DNA of 64,000 bases from a virus. Its lineage: Duplodnaviria > Heunggongvirae > Uroviricota > Caudoviricetes. The stretch lies in the IMG/VR virus record IMGVR_UViG_3300027977_000006; one strand, written 5' to 3'. This document shows, piece after piece, positions 28,521-38,772 of this stretch; position 1 is the stretch's first letter, and each line of letters starts with the position of its first letter. The notes beneath the pieces are model-generated. The model was given only the letters and a program-made list of their open reading frames with translations, searched no databases and was not told the origin of the DNA. The translations under genes were made by a program, and so were the position numbers.

Positions 28521-29402
28521 TTATGTTCTTCTAATTGTGTAAAATCCGTTACCATATCTGGCTAATTCTCCCATATTTTTTATTTCAGAAAGTCTTAAGT
28601 GCATATCCATAACTGAAGTTATACCTCTATCTATAAATACATCACTTTGAACTTCTGGTGTAGAAATTATTCCAAACAAATATTCTTCTTTGGTAATGGC
28701 GGATAATGAGACTGTTGTTTGGTTTTTACCCTCACCCCTAAACCTAAATTGAGTTACTGGGATTACTTCAGTCACCCCATCTTCATATGTAACAGTTCTA
28801 GTTATACCAGAATAGTCTCTATATAATATACCACTGCTTTGGTTATTTGTACCCAATAATGCATTATTCGCTGTATCTACTACATAAACAACTGGCTCTC
28901 CATCAGATGAAACTCTACTAACACCGTTTATTGTATTTCCAATATAGTTTATGTATGTCTCAGCTTCAATATCCAAACCAACTTTTAATCTGTCTAACTG
29001 ACTATAAGAATACACGTCTTCTATTTTGCTATCTGTGAAACCAGTTATTGGTATATTAAAATATGCATAATATGATGATTCCGTATTCCCTGTAAAACGA
29101 AGTGTTTTAAGGTCTGTCTCAGTTATACCTGTAAATGCTGGTGGTAAAATACCAAACATAAAAGGTGAAGTATAACCACTCTGAATCATTTTATTAATTA
29201 AAATGGAATAATCTACTGGTGATTGAGCTACTGGAACATTTGAAAAATATTGTATATCAGTAAAAAGACCCATATCATCAATATCTTGAGACAAGAAAAT
29301 ATTAACGTAAAACGTACTAGCGGTCATGGCACCCCATGATGAGCTAAAATCACCCCTATTTGTGCTGTTTTCTAACGATATTTGACGTTTAACTAATTCC
29401 AT
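28521..29402 (-). CDS. Putative virion structural protein
   Basis: 293 aa ORF inside the tail block. Confidence 0.55.
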   Translation of the reverse strand: MELVKRQISLENSTNRGDFSSSWGAMTASTFYVNIFLSQDIDDMGLFTDIQYFSNVPVAQSPVDYSILINKMIQSGYTSPFMFGILPPAFTGITETDLKTLRFTGNTESSYYAYFNIPITGFTDSKIEDVYSYSQLDRLKVGLDIEAETYINYIGNTINGVSRVSSDGEPVVYVVDTANNALLGTNNQSSGILYRDYSGITRTVTYEDGVTEVIPVTQFRFRGEGKNQTTVSLSAITKEEYLFGIISTPEVQSDVFIDRGITSVMDMHLRLSEIKNMGELARYGNGFYTIRRT

Positions 29403-30241
29403 TATAGAGCATTTATTTGATATAAATTAACAAAAATCTTATTACCTAGGTAAGTTACATTATTTGATGGTGCTGGTATGTTTCCTTGATAGGAATCATC
29501 TATAGTATAGAAATACCCAGTTGTTGTCCTAGATAATATAAATCTAGTGTACAATTCGTGTATAAGCGTATCAATAGGTTGTGCTGCTTGTTTGACCATC
29601 ATGTTTGTAGTTCTGCCATCTTTTGCATTTTTAAAGCTGGCTCTCATGTACAAGTATTTAGGTGGTCCGCCTATTAGCAATTCATCTTTATAGTCATACA
29701 AAAAATATCCTTCAGAAAAACCTCTAGGATTTAAAAGAGGGCTTTCTAATGTGTATGTTATTGGTATTTGGTTTGCTGGTTTTGGTTGGCCGATAACACC
29801 AATTGGAGACCCCATGGGTACCAAATCAGATTGTGTTATTCTAGAATAAAGTGTAATATTTGTAACTAGATTTTGTGATAAAGGATTGTCAGAATCATAA
29901 AAATTCAAATTTAAAAAACTTTGTCTAAAATTTTCTTTTCTAAATTTTATATCATCATCTGTAAAACCTATTGCACCATATGTATTACCAGCTATTAATG
30001 TTACTCTATATATTATTCTATCTATTGGTAGTGATGTTTTATCAATTGGAACAAACCTTGTTTTTTCGTAGTCAATAATTGGGTTAATGTTTTTTTCAGT
30101 TTCAACGTCAACAAACACACGGTCAACCAACTCAGCATTGTCAACAACTTGATATTCCATATTTATCGGAATATTTATTGTCGTTGCTGTTGTACCGCTA
30201 GCTAGTGTTGCTAGGTTTATTTGAAATTTGTTAACAAACAT
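29402..30241 (-). CDS. Putative virion structural protein
   Basis: 279 aa ORF inside the tail block. Confidence 0.55.
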   Translation of the reverse strand: MFVNKFQINLATLASGTTATTINIPINMEYQVVDNAELVDRVFVDVETEKNINPIIDYEKTRFVPIDKTSLPIDRIIYRVTLIAGNTYGAIGFTDDDIKFRKENFRQSFLNLNFYDSDNPLSQNLVTNITLYSRITQSDLVPMGSPIGVIGQPKPANQIPITYTLESPLLNPRGFSEGYFLYDYKDELLIGGPPKYLYMRASFKNAKDGRTTNMMVKQAAQPIDTLIHELYTRFILSRTTTGYFYTIDDSYQGNIPAPSNNVTYLGNKIFVNLYQINAL

Positions 30242-32036
30242 CTTCAGCCGAGTTAATTGTAAATTTATCAGTAATGCTTTCCCCTACAGGGTCGCTTGGA
30301 TAGGTTGAGTAGTATAAATCCCAATTATCAAATGGGTCTTGTCTTCTTACATAAAAACAATAATTGTCGTATCTGTAGTGACAACCATTTAAAAATGGAT
30401 AATTTAAAGCCGTTCCATCAACTTGGTTAAATCCAATATCCAAAACATCCCTCCATAAATATGTGCCGTCACCCAAAGCTACAGCATAACTAGGTATACC
30501 AATTGTGTTAGCATCACTTTGTTCTATATAGGTTGAAAATTGTTTTATTCTAATCATATGATGGGCTTTATAGAAATAACCTTCTTGTCTAGGCCCTAAA
30601 TTTGTGGTAACAGTAGTTGCTGGTGTGTTTGGTGTCGTAAAAGGATTTGCTTCAATTGTTGTATACGTCATTGATGGGCTGGTCTCTCTATTACGAGTAT
30701 TAAATCTATGAGAAACGTGAGCTAAAATATATTCTCTTAATTCAGCTTCATTGTATTCTACCAAATCACCATAATAATCATTATTGTTTGTAATATTATT
30801 ATTGTTGTTTATTGTTACATTGAATTCTAATTCTTTATGGCTAGGAAAAGGCAATGAACCACCATTATGTATTTTATTTATAACAGGTATATCTAACAAA
30901 TATGGGTTGCTACTACTGCTAGTATTTAACTGTGCAATAAATGGCAACTCAATACCAGATTTAACTTGTGTAAACAAATTATTGCTGTCTGTTTTTATCA
31001 CTGTCAAATATAATTCTGTAAGTGGTCTACCTAAATTATCAACCAAATCAGATACGTCAATGTCTTCATTAAAAACAAATTGAGTTATATCATCTTGATA
31101 AGAATTTTCACTAAAAGCAACTCTGTATGTTTCATAGTCATCTGTCTCAATAACTGGAGTATTTCTTGTTTTTATTTTTCTAAATTTTCTAAAATAGTAA
31201 ACAGACTCTTTATCGTTTACCACTTTTTTCATTCTAGAGTCAAAGTCTATAGTATTGAAAGGTGATGTCGGTACGTCTATAACAAAATAATAGCCTTTTA
31301 AATCACCATTATCTAAACCTGTTCTTACTACCAAATGGTCTCCATCATAACCGTTTGAACCTGTGATTCTAACTAAATCACCCACAGCCAAATTGTGTAA
31401 ACAACCAGCTGATATTGCACTCATTTGTCTGGTTGAAACATCCGCTGGTTGAATATCTACCAACAACAGACCACCATTTACCATTGTGTGACCAGAATCT
31501 GAAGTCGCTGGATATGTTATTGTTAATTCCCAATTTTTTACTGGTTCTCCTGTTGGATTGTGGTATGGGTCTATGTCTTGAATAAATGAAAACCTTTCTC
31601 TTTTAGGTTCCATATCAAAATAATTACAAAAACCAGCTTTTGTTATGTCTGGGTCATAATAACCAAACCAACCATTATTTTCTTTTAAATATTTTTTAAT
31701 AACATTTGGATATACTGGGTCTGTAAAACGATAATCACCATTTTGATTTACGTAGTTAAATCCTTTCCAAGTGTATAAATCCAAATAAGCACCAGAATCA
31801 TCCAAATTAAACAGTGGATTTGATGCCAATATATTGATTGTTCCAAGTATTCTATAATATGTGCTTCTTTGTCTTTCAAAATCAAATCGTTCAGCAGCAT
31901 CAACAATTTTTGTAATAACTCCAGGTGGTAGTAACCTTTCACTATCATCAATGTTTATCTTAATATAACTGTCGGTATTCAAAGATTCCTTTGAATTCTC
32001 TACCGATAATCTAATTTGTTTTCTTTCTGTACTCAT
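30231..32036 (-). CDS. Putative virion structural protein (start reassigned to MSTERKQ)
   Basis: ~600 aa ORF; ATG just after the upstream stop. Confidence 0.55.
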   Translation of the reverse strand: MSTERKQIRLSVENSKESLNTDSYIKINIDDSERLLPPGVITKIVDAAERFDFERQRSTYYRILGTINILASNPLFNLDDSGAYLDLYTWKGFNYVNQNGDYRFTDPVYPNVIKKYLKENNGWFGYYDPDITKAGFCNYFDMEPKRERFSFIQDIDPYHNPTGEPVKNWELTITYPATSDSGHTMVNGGLLLVDIQPADVSTRQMSAISAGCLHNLAVGDLVRITGSNGYDGDHLVVRTGLDNGDLKGYYFVIDVPTSPFNTIDFDSRMKKVVNDKESVYYFRKFRKIKTRNTPVIETDDYETYRVAFSENSYQDDITQFVFNEDIDVSDLVDNLGRPLTELYLTVIKTDSNNLFTQVKSGIELPFIAQLNTSSSSNPYLLDIPVINKIHNGGSLPFPSHKELEFNVTINNNNNITNNNDYYGDLVEYNEAELREYILAHVSHRFNTRNRETSPSMTYTTIEANPFTTPNTPATTVTTNLGPRQEGYFYKAHHMIRIKQFSTYIEQSDANTIGIPSYAVALGDGTYLWRDVLDIGFNQVDGTALNYPFLNGCHYRYDNYCFYVRRQDPFDNWDLYYSTYPSDPVGESITDKFTINSAEDVC

Positions 32037-32040
32037 ACTA

Positions 32041-35000
32041 TTAAGCCGATACTTGACAACCAACACTATCAGTTATAGTCACTGTAGCACTTTGATTTAC
32101 TGTTATTTGGTTATTATTGTTAAGCGTTGCTGTTATACCATTTACCAATACGGTGTAAGGTCCTATACCACCAGTTACAGTAATTGTTTTGTTTGGTGCG
32201 CTTACATTTGAGCTCGAAGCTAATGGAGAGATTGGTAATGGCATTTGAGCAGCATAGTAAGTTAATATGTTACTATGACAATCGTGTGTAGAAGTGTCAC
32301 TAAATCTAAACGTAATGTTATTTACAAACGCTGTTTTAGGTACGTCAAATGACATTAGAGCACTAGTCCATGTTGGATTGGTGTTTAAATAATTCCATGT
32401 TGTTGAATTGTCTACTCTATACTCAATATAAGCTGTTGCACCAACAGATAACCCATTTGGTATTCTAAAATATATCCTATAATTATTTGGACTACATTGT
32501 TTAGCTATTTCAGCTGGTTGTGCAGCTGTTAATGTTAATTGAGCTCCATTAGACCCAACTGTAAATGTTTGTGTTGAAATCCCATTAGGGTCTTGAACCG
32601 TTACCAAATAATCACCTGCGGCTAAATTCGTTAGATTAAGAGAACCGCTAAAAAATCCAGCGTTATTAGTTGTTGTTCCAGATGTTGTTACAAAATATGG
32701 TAATTGTGCTCCAGTTACTGTTATCGCTAAAGCACCATCATTGCTACCAACATAACATGTTGTATTTGTTGGAACGGCTGTAATATTTATTGTTGTAGGT
32801 CCAGAAACAGTCAAACCAGTTGTTGTACAAACAGACCCAGCCGAATCAGTTACAGTAACTGTATAGCCTTGGTCTACCGCTGTGGCTAATCCAGTCATCT
32901 CAACTGCGCCATTAGTTGGTTCGTTAGTATAGTTAGGTACAGGTGCACCGTTTTCATCTAATAACGTATACACGTATGGTACTGAACCACCGCCTACATT
33001 TAAAGTTATTATACCATCTGATACTGAAGTTGACGTGTTATTTTTTGTCACACTTGCACTACAATAGAATGATGGTGGTCCACCTACAATCACTGTTTGT
33101 GTCACTGGGTTTCCACCAGCATCAAACACACTTATTGTGTATGTACCTTGTTCTAAACCAGTTGCTGTATCAGTTGCTGGTGTTACTGTTATTGTTCCGC
33201 TAGTTGTGTAATTATTCGGCCCAGTTATTGTGTATGTATAAGGGCCTTGACTGCCAACGATTGTAAATGTTATTTGTCCGTCAAACCCACCTGTAGTTGT
33301 TGTTGGTGTAACTGTTGCATCTATTACCATATCAGTATCAACTATTACAACACATGGTGTAAAATATCTTTGATTCATTTTATCCAAAGATGAACGCCCT
33401 GGTTGAGTTCCAAAATACATGAAAAATGAATGTTTTGGTTGAACAAAACTATTGTCGTTTGCATAACCCCTAAAGTTAGCATAATCTTGTCCGTTAATTG
33501 GAAAACCACTAGAAAAGTTATAAATTGCATCGTTAGCTAAATTAAAATCACTATTGATGATTGCTGGTTGTGAATAAATAACAGGGAATGTTGTTGCGCT
33601 GTTTATATAAAGATAAGCATCTCTAAATTGTTTACCAAACGTATCGTCAATATCATTGCTACCTAAATTACCATTCGCTGGTGTCATAATCGCACCAGTT
33701 TGTGGGTTAAATAATGCTTCGTCCAAGTCAACTTCTACTTCACACATATGTCTTAAATTTAAACATTGTCTTGCATCAACATGTAAACCAGCACAATTAA
33801 TATCAAAAAATAATCCTGGAGCACCGTTTCCAATTTTAACTTGACCAGTCGCTAATACTGTAACATTGTCATCATCAAGTTCTTCAATTTCTGGCGGTAG
33901 CTTATAACTTGAACCGACTAATGATGGTTGTAACTTTGGATAACCTTGCCAATCACATGAGAACACCGAACCCAAACAAACAATATCAGTAGCAAATAAC
34001 TTAAACGCTGCATTATGGGTTGTTGCAGCATAATAAAATTCGTCTTTGTATTTTTTAATTAAACCTTCTCTAATAAGTCCGTTATCACGATAGTCTTTCT
34101 GACAATTGTTACTATTACAACTGTAACAAGTGTCCAATTGTTTATTGTTTCTACAAGGGTTATCTGGTATACCATTGTTATTCCCATCGACACCAGAATA
34201 ATTAGGGTCTCCAGTAAAATCTTCACAATCAAATTCACAAAATCTTTCTTTGCCTCTTCTTCTCTTTTTATATTTTAACAAATAACCAAATAACGTTCCA
34301 GTTACCCAATCGTTATAAAAATCAAATTGGAAAAGATTTAACTCTTGAGCCATCTGAAAAGCCAAACAATCATCTAAACCAGCTAAATCAGTTGGTAAGT
34401 TGCTAGAATAATTAATTGGGGGTGTAGCTGCATCAAAACCTTTACTGTCTTTACGGCATCCTGGTGCAAACAATGAACCATCATCAGCTGGACAAAGAAT
34501 TGTTACACATGATACAAAATCTGGTTCGTTCAAATCGGCCCCAAGTTTATTAATAAATTTAACAATACCCCTTATAATGCTTACTATAACGTTTATGAGG
34601 GGTATTATTATAAAATTAATCAAACCAACAATAAAACCAATGATTTTAATAATTAAACATATTATAAAAAATATTGGATTTATAGTTGTATTAACTCTAT
34701 TATAAGGAAACGGATTTTTATCACCAGCACAAGCATCAACATCTTTCATTGCTGTTATATTTCTGTTTGAAGCACCTGTTAAACTTTTTTGATATCTACT
34801 AATAAAGTTTGATACTGTATATATTTTATTCCAATATATGTCTTTAAAACTTGTTGGCTTTGTATTTTCATCAAAATTATAATCAATCTGATTACTGTTT
34901 TGTGGGTTGTTTGGGACTAAATATTTCGCTCTAGTTCTAAGTCTACCTTCACCACCAGTCACGTCCATTCCTATTCTAAATCTTACATTAGCTCTAGTAG

Positions 35001-36045
35001 GAACCCCTTTATTAGGGTCTTCTGACAAAACTAGTGTCCCAGTCTCATCGGTAATCATGTAGTCCAAATTCATTGGAACTTGAAAAGCCCATGTTCCATC
35101 ATCATCAATAACTCTACCACCATCTACTGAAAATTCCTCAATTTCGTCATCGATATTCTTTCTAATCATTTCTACGCTACCTGCCCCTGCAACTTGTTCG
35201 CACAGTTCGCCTAACTTTTTTCTAGGTCTACACCTTTTGTTGACAGAATTTTTATCTTGGTCACCGTAAATGCTACCCATAAAAATAGCACAAGGTTGTA
35301 ACGTATAATTCAAATCAACATCTACTCTTGTAATACCAATTTCACAATTGTCCATATCACCCCAAAAAGGCTGCACGTTTACACCTACATTGGATGATTT
35401 TATCTGAATTAATCTGTCTAAATTAGTATCAGCTTTAAATTTTGTTGGGCTGTCAAAAAATTTAGGTGAATTGCCTTGTCTTATTAAATCATATGGTCTT
35501 TGTGATGCTATTCCAATATCAGAAACGTCTGCATCAACATGGAGTGTGTATGTTCCTATAGGAACACCAAAAATCATAAAGTCACCAGCATAATTTGTTG
35601 TGGTTGTAAATTTATAATATTTGCAATATACCTCTAAAATGTCTGAATTATCTAGAACCTCTCTTTTGCTAGGAAATGTACCAACTGGTGTAAAGCAATC
35701 ATTTTCAGTTACTGAATATCTAGGTAATAAATTGTATCTTATTCCGTCACTGTCTTTGTCTGTAACAGTATCATACGGATAAAGGCCAGATATTTTAACA
35801 TCTTGTTTATCTATTTCGTCAATAGGTATAAAGATGCTAACCTTTGCGTTAGGAACCCCAAATCCACTGTTTATAATTACTCTACCAGCAACAACACCAT
35901 AATCAGAACAAAAATTTTGATAAATTTCATCCTGAGTTATCTTTAATGAAAGGATTTCAACAAAATCTATGTCTTGGTCTATTTTAACTTTGACATATTT
36001 GTCACCTCCATTTGGCTTGGTTCTTATTCTTATTGATTCAGACAT
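32041..36045 (-). CDS. 1334 aa tail/baseplate protein with internal hydrophobic hairpin and C-terminal SprB-like repeats
   Basis: VVAGRV..GVPNAKVSIF beta-sandwich start; IFFIICLIIKIIGFIVGLINFIIIPLINVIV; repeats DG.I...V.G...PY.Y..GL..G.Y.V.V.D..G. Confidence 0.65.
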   Translation of the reverse strand: MSESIRIRTKPNGGDKYVKVKIDQDIDFVEILSLKITQDEIYQNFCSDYGVVAGRVIINSGFGVPNAKVSIFIPIDEIDKQDVKISGLYPYDTVTDKDSDGIRYNLLPRYSVTENDCFTPVGTFPSKREVLDNSDILEVYCKYYKFTTTTNYAGDFMIFGVPIGTYTLHVDADVSDIGIASQRPYDLIRQGNSPKFFDSPTKFKADTNLDRLIQIKSSNVGVNVQPFWGDMDNCEIGITRVDVDLNYTLQPCAIFMGSIYGDQDKNSVNKRCRPRKKLGELCEQVAGAGSVEMIRKNIDDEIEEFSVDGGRVIDDDGTWAFQVPMNLDYMITDETGTLVLSEDPNKGVPTRANVRFRIGMDVTGGEGRLRTRAKYLVPNNPQNSNQIDYNFDENTKPTSFKDIYWNKIYTVSNFISRYQKSLTGASNRNITAMKDVDACAGDKNPFPYNRVNTTINPIFFIICLIIKIIGFIVGLINFIIIPLINVIVSIIRGIVKFINKLGADLNEPDFVSCVTILCPADDGSLFAPGCRKDSKGFDAATPPINYSSNLPTDLAGLDDCLAFQMAQELNLFQFDFYNDWVTGTLFGYLLKYKKRRRGKERFCEFDCEDFTGDPNYSGVDGNNNGIPDNPCRNNKQLDTCYSCNSNNCQKDYRDNGLIREGLIKKYKDEFYYAATTHNAAFKLFATDIVCLGSVFSCDWQGYPKLQPSLVGSSYKLPPEIEELDDDNVTVLATGQVKIGNGAPGLFFDINCAGLHVDARQCLNLRHMCEVEVDLDEALFNPQTGAIMTPANGNLGSNDIDDTFGKQFRDAYLYINSATTFPVIYSQPAIINSDFNLANDAIYNFSSGFPINGQDYANFRGYANDNSFVQPKHSFFMYFGTQPGRSSLDKMNQRYFTPCVVIVDTDMVIDATVTPTTTTGGFDGQITFTIVGSQGPYTYTITGPNNYTTSGTITVTPATDTATGLEQGTYTISVFDAGGNPVTQTVIVGGPPSFYCSASVTKNNTSTSVSDGIITLNVGGGSVPYVYTLLDENGAPVPNYTNEPTNGAVEMTGLATAVDQGYTVTVTDSAGSVCTTTGLTVSGPTTINITAVPTNTTCYVGSNDGALAITVTGAQLPYFVTTSGTTTNNAGFFSGSLNLTNLAAGDYLVTVQDPNGISTQTFTVGSNGAQLTLTAAQPAEIAKQCSPNNYRIYFRIPNGLSVGATAYIEYRVDNSTTWNYLNTNPTWTSALMSFDVPKTAFVNNITFRFSDTSTHDCHSNILTYYAAQMPLPISPLASSSNVSAPNKTITVTGGIGPYTVLVNGITATLNNNNQITVNQSATVTITDSVGCQVSA

Positions 36046-36049
36046 TAAT

Positions 36050-36406
36050 TTAGATTTGTTTATCTGTTATATCTTCAGCATCCAATAAAACAACATCGTC
36101 TTCTGTTAGTTTTTCGAATTCTTCATCATCAATTAAATCATCATCGTCATCGTCTTTTGGTTTAAACTTGTTACCAATAGCCAACAATAATGGTTTAATA
36201 TCAATATTTTCATTTAATATAATAATATTAAATGATAGATAAATTATATATAGATTTATAAATGGTAATGCCATTAAAAACATTAAAAACATAAGTGTTT
36301 TTAAGCTATATTTTATAAACTTTTCAAAAAATGATTTTTGTTCGCTTTGAGTTGAATCACCCATAGCTTCCATAGATACTTTACCTTTACAATTACATCC
36401 AGCCAT
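36050..36406 (-). CDS. Small membrane protein with N-terminal CxC and acidic tail
   Basis: MAGCNCKG, long hydrophobic segment; TATATTTG at 36428-36435. Confidence 0.65.
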   Translation of the reverse strand: MAGCNCKGKVSMEAMGDSTQSEQKSFFEKFIKYSLKTLMFLMFLMALPFINLYIIYLSFNIIILNENIDIKPLLLAIGNKFKPKDDDDDDLIDDEEFEKLTEDDVVLLDAEDITDKQI

Positions 36407-36460
36407 ATTAATTAATTTTTATTTATTCAAATATACAAAACTTATTAAAATAAGGAAACC

Positions 36461-38278
36461 TTACGATTTGACTCTTACTTTAATATCTTGCGCTGGAAAT
36501 TTTATCTCAAACATTGTGATTGGGTCGCCAAATAATGTATAGTCACTTGCTATATCTATTTGTCTTGTTGTTTCATCTATGTAAGGTTGTGAAATCTCAT
36601 TGACACTATATCCGTTTCCAACTTTATTGTAAATTCTTAAATCAATCACGTTTAATACACCACCAACATTATTTATATTTTCAATCAAAGGTGACAAATA
36701 TATATTATCACCCATCTGATATTTGTTTATATCCATAAAGCTCTGAACACTTGAAATTACCTGTGAAATAATCTGTGACTGAGGTGATTTTTTATCAACA
36801 AATAAATCAATTTCAAAAGATAGGTTTATTATTTTACCGTTTGAAATTTGAACATAATCATTTAACATTCTGTAATCAGCTAAATAAGTTGCAATATTGC
36901 TTCTAAGCGTAGTTGTTGAAGTATTGGTTAATTTTCCATTGGCATCTAAACTTAAGATATACACTTTAACTTTGTTTTGTTCTTCAAACACACCACATCT
37001 AAATGGAACGCCAAATTCACCTGGCATTAAAGAAATCCTACTATGATAATCTTTTATTGTTACAGCTCTGTTTTGAGATGAAAAGTTATACTTAACCATG
37101 TTTCTTATTTCCTCAATGCTAGGAGCGTCTTTACCACCCAAAGCTGGAAGTGGGTTATTCACTCTAAGAGAAGCCTTAACAGAGTTATTTACTGTCTGAT
37201 TTGGACCATTGACTACCATGTTTACCAAACCAAGACTAGTTAATACGTTTGGTCCTAAATTTGTATCGCCACCACCACCAACTCTGTATTTTACAAACAT
37301 GGTTGTATTTGCTGTTGGCGTTTCACCCAATGCCATGTTATTTATAAAATCACCGATTTGATTAACCAAAGCTGGGTTTACATCAAAATCACAAAGGCTA
37401 CTAACATCTTGGCTACCACCACCAAAGGTTATTTTTGTGAACCCTAAGTCAGTGTATTCACGTATAAATTTTTTTGTTACTGTTATCCATTTTCCTGGTC
37501 TAATACCAGCATTATCACTAGTAACGGCATTATCTCCAATAAAGATTTCACTTTCAGCTAGCGCATCCATTTCAAACCATCTATTTTCAATGTTTAAAAA
37601 TTGGTCTAATGCTGGGTCTTGTATAAAGTTTGTTCCTTGAAGGGCTATAATAGAATCAATCGATAATACATTGTTTTCTGGTAATATAATTTGGAAAAAT
37701 GGTTTAACGTCATTTGCTGATATGGTTCTACTAAAAATTTTTGTAAAACCGTTTACAACCATTTCTCTCTTTGTCAATGTATAAGTAGTTAAAACACCAT
37801 TTGAATTGAAATTTGGAATAATCAATCTGTTTGGTACACCGCCTATTGTGAATGGGTTTGAAAAATCAATATCATACTGTGTTTCAAATACTTTACCAGC
37901 ACCATTAACTTGAGCTCCAGCTCTAATAACTGGTGCATATGACACATCAAATGTATCTGCAAATGGCGGTACTGTAACTGAAAAATCAACTATAGTTACG
38001 CTTGGGCGTTTTCCTGGAATCTTTAAACCAAATGTTCTAGCTAAAGAAAGGACTGATTGTCTTTGTTGTGCATAATCAATTTGTGTTTCTTGAAACATTC
38101 TGTCTGTATTGAAGGATAGCATGTCCCCAACAGCAGCGTTTAATTCCAATAACATCATACCAACAGATGCATCGTTAAAATCATTAAAAATGTCTGGATA
38201 GTATTGTCTAACCATGTTTACTAGGTCGGTTCTTATATCCGCAAAGTTACGAGAAGTATAGTTAATTCCTTGTGCCAT
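36461..38278 (-). CDS. Baseplate wedge subunit (T4 gp6/baseplate J-like)
   Basis: NYTSRNFADIR..LLELNAAVGDMLSF; YRVGGG; GGKDAPSIEEIR; QNRAVTIKDY. Confidence 0.88.
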   Translation of the reverse strand: MAQGINYTSRNFADIRTDLVNMVRQYYPDIFNDFNDASVGMMLLELNAAVGDMLSFNTDRMFQETQIDYAQQRQSVLSLARTFGLKIPGKRPSVTIVDFSVTVPPFADTFDVSYAPVIRAGAQVNGAGKVFETQYDIDFSNPFTIGGVPNRLIIPNFNSNGVLTTYTLTKREMVVNGFTKIFSRTISANDVKPFFQIILPENNVLSIDSIIALQGTNFIQDPALDQFLNIENRWFEMDALAESEIFIGDNAVTSDNAGIRPGKWITVTKKFIREYTDLGFTKITFGGGSQDVSSLCDFDVNPALVNQIGDFINNMALGETPTANTTMFVKYRVGGGGDTNLGPNVLTSLGLVNMVVNGPNQTVNNSVKASLRVNNPLPALGGKDAPSIEEIRNMVKYNFSSQNRAVTIKDYHSRISLMPGEFGVPFRCGVFEEQNKVKVYILSLDANGKLTNTSTTTLRSNIATYLADYRMLNDYVQISNGKIINLSFEIDLFVDKKSPQSQIISQVISSVQSFMDINKYQMGDNIYLSPLIENINNVGGVLNVIDLRIYNKVGNGYSVNEISQPYIDETTRQIDIASDYTLFGDPITMFEIKFPAQDIKVRVKS

Positions 38279-38279
38279 A

Positions 38280-38666
38280 TTATATATTAATTATTACAAA
38301 ATCAGAGGTTGTAAAAACGTCATCTGTTATAGTGTAGTCAAACCTAACCACAGCTGCATGGTCGTTTAACTCCGATGGTGTAACACTTATTTCATTTACT
38401 TTTAATTTTGGTAAATATCTGTTTACAGCTGTGTCAATTTCTTCTTTTATTTTAGATAATGTCAAGCCATCCTCTGGCTCAAAAATATATCTAAGTAAAT
38501 CTGTTCCAAAGTCTGGATTATATAATCTTTGACCTTTTCTGGTCAATATTAAATGCATCAAATCTGCTTTGATTGCTGCATTTTCATCAAGGTTTAAATC
38601 CAAGAAGAAACCCTTTGGGCTATTCTTAAATGGATAATTTATGTTGATGTATTTTAATTCAGCCAT
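38280..38666 (-). CDS. gp25/GPW-like baseplate protein (start reassigned to MAELKY)
   Basis: IKADLMHLILTRKGQRLYNPDFGTDL..IFEP. Confidence 0.9.
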   Translation of the reverse strand: MAELKYININYPFKNSPKGFFLDLNLDENAAIKADLMHLILTRKGQRLYNPDFGTDLLRYIFEPEDGLTLSKIKEEIDTAVNRYLPKLKVNEISVTPSELNDHAAVVRFDYTITDDVFTTSDFVIINI

Positions 38667-38725
38667 GTTTGTGCTTTTATACATAAATATGGTACTAAAA
38701 GATTTTTGTAAGTAAATATGTAAAT

Positions 38726-38753
38726 AAAAAAAAGGGCCTAAAAAGGCCCTTTT
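38726..38753 (-). terminator. Rho-independent terminator after nrdA-C
   Basis: A8-GGGCCT-AAAA-AGGCCC-T4. Confidence 0.8.
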
Positions 38754-38772
38754 ATAATTTTAATGTAATAAT

